Positions 32,504-39,391 of a DNA stretch of 64,000 nt are shown here, in pieces (position 1 is the first letter of the stretch; each line of letters begins with the position of its first letter). The position numbers and the translations under genes were made by a program. The notes under the pieces were generated by a model. The model ran no database searches. It was not told where the DNA came from and was given only the letters and a program-made list of their open reading frames with translations. Location of the stretch: NCBI GenBank assembly GCA_963714255.1, contig CAVQNU010000031.1, forward strand, positions 76,323 through 140,322. Direction: 5' to 3'. This stretch comes from an uncultured Alphaproteobacteria bacterium (GTDB lineage: Bacteria; Pseudomonadota; Alphaproteobacteria; Acetobacterales; Acetobacteraceae).

Positions 32504-32891
32504 TGTTCGTTCCTCCCTATGCGGTGTTCCGCCACCGAGAGGGTAACACAATGATTTACATGTTGCCACCCCTATGCTTCGAAGATAAAAAATACTTTTA
32601 TCTGTTTGAAGTTGTTGAATGCTGCTCTGCAGCATTCAAGGCTTTCGGTCAATTTATGTCGAGCAACAGGGAAAAGTTGCACTTTGTCACATAGGGTTTG
32701 TTGTTCATCTGTCAATCGCCGCGACCGGCTTCAGCTTTCCAGTCACGGTGATGTGTCAAGACAATAAAGCGGCATCGGCCGGACAGGCGACGGCTGGTCG
32801 ACAAAGTTTTTTTGTTAAAACAACGAACTAGAGCGCTCCAGCCGCTGACGGTCAGGGCAAAAAATGCGCGATCGTGTTGCGGCGCGGGGCC

Positions 32892-35717
32892 TTATCCGAA
32901 GGCACCCACCTCATGCGTCACCGCGGTCGCGATCTCGCGCACCAGGTCGAATTGCCGCCGCATCGGCGCGAACACCTGCGCGTGCTCGACCCCATAGGCC
33001 TGGGAAGCCCTGGGGCCGGCCGGCTCGGCATAGTCGCACTCCGCCGAAGGGTCGGGCGCCTCGGGGAAAATCTCCGCGAGCAAGGTCAGCGCCGCCGGAA
33101 TTTCCAGGCGCAGCACCGCCGCCTCCAGGTCGCGCCGGGTCAGGCCGTGGCGCGGCGAGAATTCCGGAATGCGCGTGGCCAGCAGCCAGATGCGATGGAT
33201 CAGTGCCAGCCGCAGCGCGTGCAGCAGCATCTCCCGCGCCCCCATCGCCGGCGCCTCCGGCCAGGCGGCCCGCAGCGCCAGATGGTCGGCCTGCACGCGG
33301 CGGAACATCGACTGCACCACCGCCCATAAATCGAGCCGCTCCAGCGCATGCGCCACCGACAGCAGCGCCTGCCGCCGGCCGGGACGACTGGTGTGGGCGG
33401 CGCGATCCAGCCAGGTGCCGGGATCGAGCGTGCCCACCACGGCGCGCAGCACGTCCAGATCGGAATGCGCCAGCGCGTGCGCGGCCAGATCGAGCGCGCG
33501 CCGGAACCGCCGGCTTTTGCGGCGCATGTCCGGGAACGTCTCGGGATGCCGCCCGGCCGCGACCCCCAGCCCCTGCAGCGTGTTCGCCATCCAGCCCAGT
33601 TGCTGCAGGATGGCGTTGTTCGGAATGGCGCGCAGGTCGCGCGGGTGGCGGATCATCGTCGCCGTGCCCATGCCGTCCGCCTGCCGCGCCGGCGGGCGCG
33701 AGCCGGTCGGGTCCAGCAGCGCCGGCCCGAACGCGCCCAGCAGCGCGCCATAGCCGGCATCGCTCACCAGCCCCTCCATGCCGACCCGGACGGTGGCAAA
33801 GAAATCCGACGCGAAGTCGGGATCGGCGTAGATCGGGTCCTCGATCGGGCCGGCGGCGGCATGGAACGCGTGCTCGGCGATGCGCGCCACGCTGGCCAGC
33901 GCCAGTTCCGGGGTGCCGAACAGCAAATAGCCATCGCCGCCCTGAAACGCGCTTTCCTCGCGCACCGGCAGCGACGCCTTGGTCAGCGCCCGCCGGCTGG
34001 CCGTCGGCGACAAATAGCGCAGCCGGTCGGCGAGCGAGCCGGGATGGGCGCCGCGGCCGACGCTTTCGCCATGGGTGTCGAACAGGATCACCTCGACGCC
34101 GGACACGCCGTGGCGCGACAACGTCGCCGCGATCTTCAGGCGCAGCCGCTCGATCAGGTAGCTGGCGGCGGTCTGGCCGACATAGCGTCCGGAATCGGAA
34201 TAGCCGAACTGCAGCGCCAGCCGTCCGGTGCGCTGTAGATACGCGCGCCAGTGCTGGCTGCGCAGCGCCTCGTCCAGCACCTCGGCGCCGCGTCCCAGCG
34301 CCTCGGCGGTCTCGAACAGCGGGCTGATTTCAACCTGGTCGGCGACCCCGAACAGCCGCGCCAGCCACAGCGCCGCCAGCAGCGTGTAGCCGCTCTCGGT
34401 CTCGGCGATCAGGAAGCGCACCGGCGCCGAACCGTCGATGTGCTTGACGATTTGCGCCACCGTCATCATCAGCCGCGCCGCCGAGGCTTGCTCGGCCAGC
34501 ATGGCGCCGAAATCCACCGGCACCGCCTCCACCGTGTCCAGCGCGGCGTTGATGCTGCTCAGCAGCGCGCGGCGGCGCGCGGGGTCTTCCGGCGGGTCGG
34601 CAATGCCGAGGCGCTGGCGCACCACGTTGTGGATCTGCGCCGCATTGAGCCGCACATGGGAGTGTGCGAGCGACAGGCCGTGCGCCACCAGTCCGGCGCG
34701 CGCGGTGCACAGGCGCAGCTGCTCGTCGTCGGTGGCGGCGGCGATCGCCGGGGCGAACAGCGCCAGCAGCGGTTCGGACGTGTGCAGCGCCGGCTCGGCC
34801 CCGGCCACCAATGCGCGCGCGAACCCGGCCACGGCGGGCGGATGCAACTGCGGCGGACAGGCCGCCTCCTGCGCGCCCACCGCCGCCAGCGCCTCGGCGA
34901 GCCGCGCCCGAATCGGGGCCGCGAGCGGCAGGTCCTCGAGTTGGAAGGCCAGCCGTTCCAGCTGCAGCCGCTTCATGCGCAGGCGCAACCGCAGAATGTC
35001 GAGCCAGCCGATATCGGTCCGCCCGTCAGTGTCGTAGCCGACCCAGCTGGTCATGATCAGCGGGCGGGGTGCCAGTTCGGTCCAGCGGTCCGGCCAGGAT
35101 CCGCGCGCCGCCGCCAGCAGGGCGGCATTGAACTGGTCCAGCGCATCCCGCCCGCGGGCGATGGCGGTGCTGGCCTGGGCGAACTCTTCTTCCAAAGTGA
35201 TACGCTGTGGCCGGTGCGAGGCGAAAAATTCGGCCGGCCCGCCGCAGGCCATCGCCGCCAGCGCCCGCGCCACCTCGGCCGGCAGGGCGAAGGTGGGGTG
35301 GGCGGTGAACACGGCGGCGTAGCGGGTGCGCTCGACCGCCTCGCGGAACTCCGCCCAGCGCACCGGGCTGTCGGACGGGTCGGGCCGCAGCACCACGCCG
35401 GCCACCCGCATCAGCGCCGCCTCGTTCTCAGCCCGGTCGGTGCCGCCCACGTAGCGCGCCAGGCGGCGGGCGCGGCCGGCGAAAGCGGCATCGCGCAGGT
35501 GGCGCACCAGCGCCCACAGCAACTCGTCGTCCAGCTGCCCGTCATCGATGCGCCGCGCGATCCCCAGCGCGACCGACAGCACCGGGTTGCCGAACGGGTC
35601 CTCGTCGGAGGCCCGCTGGGCGCGGGCCATCTTGGCCAGCAGCTCGGCCGCCACCGCCTCGATGCGCGCCTGTGCGGGCTCACCCGCCGCCGCCTCGGTC
35701 ATCGCCATATCGGTCAT
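32892..35717 (-). CDS. ppc: Phosphoenolpyruvate carboxylase
   Basis: ATG at 35717. VFTAHPTF and FGYSDSGRYVGQ motifs. About 941 aa. Confidence 0.9.
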   Translation of the reverse strand: MTDMAMTEAAAGEPAQARIEAVAAELLAKMARAQRASDEDPFGNPVLSVALGIARRIDDGQLDDELLWALVRHLRDAAFAGRARRLARYVGGTDRAENEAALMRVAGVVLRPDPSDSPVRWAEFREAVERTRYAAVFTAHPTFALPAEVARALAAMACGGPAEFFASHRPQRITLEEEFAQASTAIARGRDALDQFNAALLAAARGSWPDRWTELAPRPLIMTSWVGYDTDGRTDIGWLDILRLRLRMKRLQLERLAFQLEDLPLAAPIRARLAEALAAVGAQEAACPPQLHPPAVAGFARALVAGAEPALHTSEPLLALFAPAIAAATDDEQLRLCTARAGLVAHGLSLAHSHVRLNAAQIHNVVRQRLGIADPPEDPARRRALLSSINAALDTVEAVPVDFGAMLAEQASAARLMMTVAQIVKHIDGSAPVRFLIAETESGYTLLAALWLARLFGVADQVEISPLFETAEALGRGAEVLDEALRSQHWRAYLQRTGRLALQFGYSDSGRYVGQTAASYLIERLRLKIAATLSRHGVSGVEVILFDTHGESVGRGAHPGSLADRLRYLSPTASRRALTKASLPVREESAFQGGDGYLLFGTPELALASVARIAEHAFHAAAGPIEDPIYADPDFASDFFATVRVGMEGLVSDAGYGALLGAFGPALLDPTGSRPPARQADGMGTATMIRHPRDLRAIPNNAILQQLGWMANTLQGLGVAAGRHPETFPDMRRKSRRFRRALDLAAHALAHSDLDVLRAVVGTLDPGTWLDRAAHTSRPGRRQALLSVAHALERLDLWAVVQSMFRRVQADHLALRAAWPEAPAMGAREMLLHALRLALIHRIWLLATRIPEFSPRHGLTRRDLEAAVLRLEIPAALTLLAEIFPEAPDPSAECDYAEPAGPRASQAYGVEHAQVFAPMRRQFDLVREIATAVTHEVGAFG

Positions 35718-36004
35718 GCGCGCTCTGTCTCCAGTCGCATTGTCACCCCGGAGCCGATTTGATGCAAAGTTCGGTCCAGTGACCAGCATCACCTTGTTCC
35801 GTTCTCCCCTCGAGAGAGGGGGAGAAGAAAGCGGCGCCAAACCGTGTTCACATTTTGCGGCGCCAGTCACCGTTTCTTGGCAAACCGGTAGGAAATCCGG
35901 GTCAACCGTATGACAGTTCCGGCGGGAGCCTGCATGCCGATTCGTGGTCCGGGGCACTTCGGCGCCTGCCTGACGCTCTCCAACTTTCCCGGTCTAGGCA
36001 AAAA

Positions 36005-36266
36005 TATGATGACGGTGGGAAACATGACATCAGACCTCGACATCCCCCTCCCCCCTCCGCCGGCAGTGTGTTTGCGGTCGCTGTCGCAGCGGTTGAACGA
36101 CGCGTTAACGGGCGGCGGCGCTTTCGACAGCGCCGGATACGACGCACGACGCATCGTGCGCGAGGCCGCCAAGGACATGCTGCGGATCGCCGCCGCGGTT
36201 GAACATGAACGCCCGCAGGAGTGCAGCAGCAATGGCACGGTGCTGATGTTCGCGCCACACCGGTGA
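36005..36266 (+). CDS. Hypothetical small protein
   Basis: High-GC3 ORF. Start uncertain (36005 or 36023). No motif recognised. Confidence 0.3.
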
Positions 36267-36269
36267 CAG

Positions 36270-36413
36270 GCAAGCAAGGAAGGCCAGGGCTCTGCCCTGG
36301 ACCCGCAAGGGGGCAGTGGCCCCCTTGACCCCGATACTTAAGTAATGGGGTCAAGGGGGCCACTGCCCCCTTGCGGGTCCAGGGCAGAGCCCTGGCCTTC
36401 CTTGCTTTTCACA
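36270..36413. repeat. Near-perfect ~140-bp palindrome made of two inverted repeat units
   Basis: gcaaggaaggccagggctctgccctggacccgcaagggggcagtggcccccttgacccc / gatacttaagtaat / ggggtcaagggggccactgcccccttgcgggtccagggcagagccctggccttccttgc. Confidence 0.9.
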
Positions 36414-36637
36414 ACCCCCCACACCCCCCGCACCAGCGGCGTCGCATGCACAGCAAGCGCCCGCCGCAGCAACGCAACGGCGGCCGCCTCATCGCCCAGC
36501 GCCAGCAGATGCATCGCCGCCCCGGCCAGCGCCCGGCCTTCCTGTTCCGCGCGCTGCGCCGACTGCAGCTCGGCCCGGCACCGCCGGCAGGTATCGGCGC
36601 CGTTGAGCATGGCTCGGCAGAGCGGGCAGCGATCCAT
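36338..36637 (-). CDS. Zinc-ribbon (CxxC-x9-CxxC) mini-protein, last gene of the Hsp70 module
   Basis: MDRCPLCRAMLNGADTCRRCRAEL followed by an Ala/Leu helical segment. Start is 3 nt after the Hsp70 stop. The last ~25 codons are read from the palindromic repeat. Confidence 0.6.
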   Translation of the reverse strand: MDRCPLCRAMLNGADTCRRCRAELQSAQRAEQEGRALAGAAMHLLALGDEAAAVALLRRALAVHATPLVRGVWGVVKSKEGQGSALDPQGGSGPLDPIT

Positions 36638-36640
36638 CGC

Positions 36641-38380
36641 TCAGGTCTCAAGGAAGAACAGAAGATCCTGAAGCTGGCCGCGCGCCGTCTCCAGGGCCGC
36701 GCCGTCGCCGCTGCTCCTGGCATCCCGGATGGCCTCGATCAGGTCGATGATCTCGGCGCGATCCTCCTCGCCGGCATCATCCAGCCTGGCGCTGGCCTTG
36801 CCCAGCAGCGCCTCGAGCGCGGCGTCGCCGGCAGGCCCGGTCGGCTCCCCGTCCGTCTGCTCCGCTTCGTCGAACAGGGCGCCGATCCGCTGGCGCGCCT
36901 CGTCGAGCTGCGCCTTGTCGTAGCGCGAGGTGGCCTTGTCGATAGTGATGCGCCGCTCCAGCCCGGTCTTTTTCTCCCGGGCCGACACCTGCAGGATGCC
37001 GTCACGGTCCAGTGCGAGGTCGAGGATCACCGGGTTGCCCGCCGGCGCGCGGCTGAGCCCGTCGACGCGGAACTCGCCGATCTGGATGTTCTCCAGGGCA
37101 TCGGGGTTCTCGCCCTGGTAGATCTTGACATCGACGCTGGTCTGCTCGTCGGCGACGGTGAAAAACACTTCGCTCCGGCGCACCGGGATGGGCGTGTTTT
37201 TCGAAATGATCGGGATGTATTTGTATGGATAAAGGTCGCCGTTGAATTCCCCGATCGCGCTGGTGCCGAACGTGTAGGGGGTGACATCGACCAGCACGGC
37301 CGACACCTCCGCCCCCGTCATCGCCGCCCCCTGGATCGCCGCCCCCATGGCGACGCACAGGTCCGGATCGACCTCGCCGCGCGGGTCGCGGCCGAACGCC
37401 TCCGTCAGCCGGCGCCGGATCAGCGGCGTGCGGGTGGCGCCGCCGACCAGCAGAATCTCGTCCACCTGCGAGGAAGCCAGGCCCGCCGATTCGAGCGCGA
37501 TATGGATCGCCCCGAGGGTTTCCTCGATGAACGGGGTAATCATCTCCTCGTAGTCGTCGCGGCTCAACTCCAGGTCGAGATTGACCGGCTTGCCGTCCTG
37601 CTCGGTGAGGTATTCCTCGGCGATGCGGGCGAACGGATGGGCCGACAGATGTTTCTTGGCGTCCTCGGCGCTGCGCAGGATGCGGGCCATTGCCTGCGGC
37701 CGGTCGGACACGTCCACGCCGTGCTTGATCTTCAGATGGTCAAGCACGTGCTCGACGATCTTGTGGTCGAAATCATCGCCGCCGAGATGGTTGTTGCCGT
37801 GGCTGGAAATCACCTCCACCACGCCTTCCTCGATGCGCACGACCGAAACATCGAACGTGCCGCCGCCGAGATCGTAAACAAGGATACGCTTGCCCTGGTG
37901 CTGGGCCGCCTCATAGACCAGTGCCGCCGCGGTGGGCTCGTTGATGATGCGCGCCACCTCCAGCCCGGCGATCTCGCCGGCCTCGCGCGTCGCCTGGCGC
38001 TGGGTGTCGGAGAAATAGGCGGGCACGGTGATGACTGCGCGGCGCACCGGCCGGCCCAGCCGTTGCTGGGCGATTTCCTTCAGGCGCGACAGGATGATCG
38101 CCGAGATTTCCTGCGGGCTGTAGTCGCGCTCGCCGAGGCGGACCCGCGCGTCGCTTCCCATCTTGCGCTTGATCGAGCGCACGGTCCGCTCGGGATACAG
38201 CAGGAACTGGTTGCGCGCCTCCTCGCCGACCAGCAGCTCCCCGGTTTCGGAAAGCCCGACCACCGACGGCAGGATCACCCGCCCCTGCGCGTCGGCGAGC
38301 ACCTCGGGGCGGCCATCGCGATACAGGGCGATTTCCGAGTTGGTGGTGCCGAGGTCGATGCCGACGATTTCGTCCGTCAT
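36641..38380 (-). CDS. Hsp70-family ATPase, short HscC-like paralog
   Basis: 579 aa. GIDLGTTNS, AVITVPAYFSD.QRQAT, INEPTAAAL, DLGGGTFDVS, LVGGATRTP, and an SBD-beta segment (IPIISKNTPIPVRRSEVF..VKIYQGEN). Short helical lid ending DLLFFLET with no EEVD-like tail. Confidence 0.9.
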   Translation of the reverse strand: MTDEIVGIDLGTTNSEIALYRDGRPEVLADAQGRVILPSVVGLSETGELLVGEEARNQFLLYPERTVRSIKRKMGSDARVRLGERDYSPQEISAIILSRLKEIAQQRLGRPVRRAVITVPAYFSDTQRQATREAGEIAGLEVARIINEPTAAALVYEAAQHQGKRILVYDLGGGTFDVSVVRIEEGVVEVISSHGNNHLGGDDFDHKIVEHVLDHLKIKHGVDVSDRPQAMARILRSAEDAKKHLSAHPFARIAEEYLTEQDGKPVNLDLELSRDDYEEMITPFIEETLGAIHIALESAGLASSQVDEILLVGGATRTPLIRRRLTEAFGRDPRGEVDPDLCVAMGAAIQGAAMTGAEVSAVLVDVTPYTFGTSAIGEFNGDLYPYKYIPIISKNTPIPVRRSEVFFTVADEQTSVDVKIYQGENPDALENIQIGEFRVDGLSRAPAGNPVILDLALDRDGILQVSAREKKTGLERRITIDKATSRYDKAQLDEARQRIGALFDEAEQTDGEPTGPAGDAALEALLGKASARLDDAGEEDRAEIIDLIEAIRDARSSGDGAALETARGQLQDLLFFLET

Positions 38381-39051
38381 GGCGTGTCTCCTTTGCTCGC
38401 GTCGCCCTTGCTGACGATCACTTCCGCCGTGCGCAAGACCTGGTCGTTCCAGAGGAAGCCGCTACGGACTTCCTCGATCACGACACCCGCCGCCGCCGAA
38501 CCGCGCGGCGCGGTGCCGATGACGCGCGCCAGCCGCGGGTCGAACGGCCGTCCGGCCAGCTTCGCGGCTATAACCCCCCGGTCGAGCAGAACCTGGTCGA
38601 GCCGCCGCACCGTCATGCGCAGGCCTTCCTGCCAGGCCGCCCCGTCCGGCCGGCTGCGGCGCAGCAAGCGCTCGTACCAGCGCAGCCGCGCCACGGCCGA
38701 CAGCGCCAGCGCCGCGACCAGCCGGTCGCGCAGGTCGATGACATCCAGCAGCAGCGGCCGCAGCGCCCCCTGCGCCTGGTCACGGGTATCGGCGCGGGTC
38801 CGGTCCAGCTCGCGTTGCAGCGCGGTCTGGCTGGCCTGCAACGCCTCGAACACGGCGCGGAACTGATCGAGCGCGTCCTTCACCAGGCGCGATTCCGTGC
38901 GCACCTCGGTGCGCAGCCCCGCGATTTCGACAAAGACGGAATAAAGATCGGCGGTCTCCGCGGTTTCGTCGGGCGGTTCCGGCGCGTCCTCCGCCGTGTC
39001 CAGATAGGCGCTGAAGCGGTCGAGCAGCGCCTGCTTGATATTATCGTCCAC
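38377..39051 (-). CDS. GrpE-like nucleotide exchange factor
   Basis: 224 aa. Coiled-coil N-terminal half and C-terminal beta domain GRPFDPRLARVIG...VIEEVRSGFLWNDQVLRTAEVIVS. ATGA overlap with the Hsp70 gene. Confidence 0.75.
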   Translation of the reverse strand: MDDNIKQALLDRFSAYLDTAEDAPEPPDETAETADLYSVFVEIAGLRTEVRTESRLVKDALDQFRAVFEALQASQTALQRELDRTRADTRDQAQGALRPLLLDVIDLRDRLVAALALSAVARLRWYERLLRRSRPDGAAWQEGLRMTVRRLDQVLLDRGVIAAKLAGRPFDPRLARVIGTAPRGSAAAGVVIEEVRSGFLWNDQVLRTAEVIVSKGDASKGDTP

Positions 39052-39391
39052 CTGCGTCCTCTCCGGGCCGGCCTTCGTCGGTCGCGGCCTGCGTGATCCC
39101 TTCGGCGAGCAGTGCCGCCACGGCCTGTTTGGTCGCCCGCGACGTCCCGGCGGAGGCCGGCTGCAGGGCGGCCAGGCTCAGCCGCGACAGGGCGGCGGCG
39201 TTGGTGTGCAGCAGCTTCATTTCCAGCCGCTTGCGCTCATCGCTGAGCGCCTCATAGGCGGCACGGTAGGCGCGGAACCGCTCCGGCGCGCGGTCGGGCG
39301 GGAAGTCACGCACCAGGGCAAGATAACGGCGCCTGATCTCGGCATCGGTGGCATCCTCGTCGACGCCGAGAGTCGTGAACGGATCGGGCAT
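39041..39391 (-). CDS. J-domain protein with a non-canonical PPD in place of HPD
   Basis: DPFTTLGVDEDATDAEIRRRYLALVRDFPPDRAPERFRAYRAAYEALSDERKR matches J-domain helices I-III. Codons ttc ccg ccc gac were verified on the minus strand. Confidence 0.7.
   Translation of the reverse strand: MPDPFTTLGVDEDATDAEIRRRYLALVRDFPPDRAPERFRAYRAAYEALSDERKRLEMKLLHTNAAALSRLSLAALQPASAGTSRATKQAVAALLAEGITQAATDEGRPGEDAGGR

Noticed and set aside
36371-38866. 831-aa plus-strand ORF, plus the 749-aa ORF at 39712-41961
   Set aside because: Both are antisense shadows of the Hsp70/GrpE and TPR genes. Composition is dominated by R, A, G and P, and no conserved motif is present. The minus-strand products carry unmistakable Hsp70, GrpE and J signatures.
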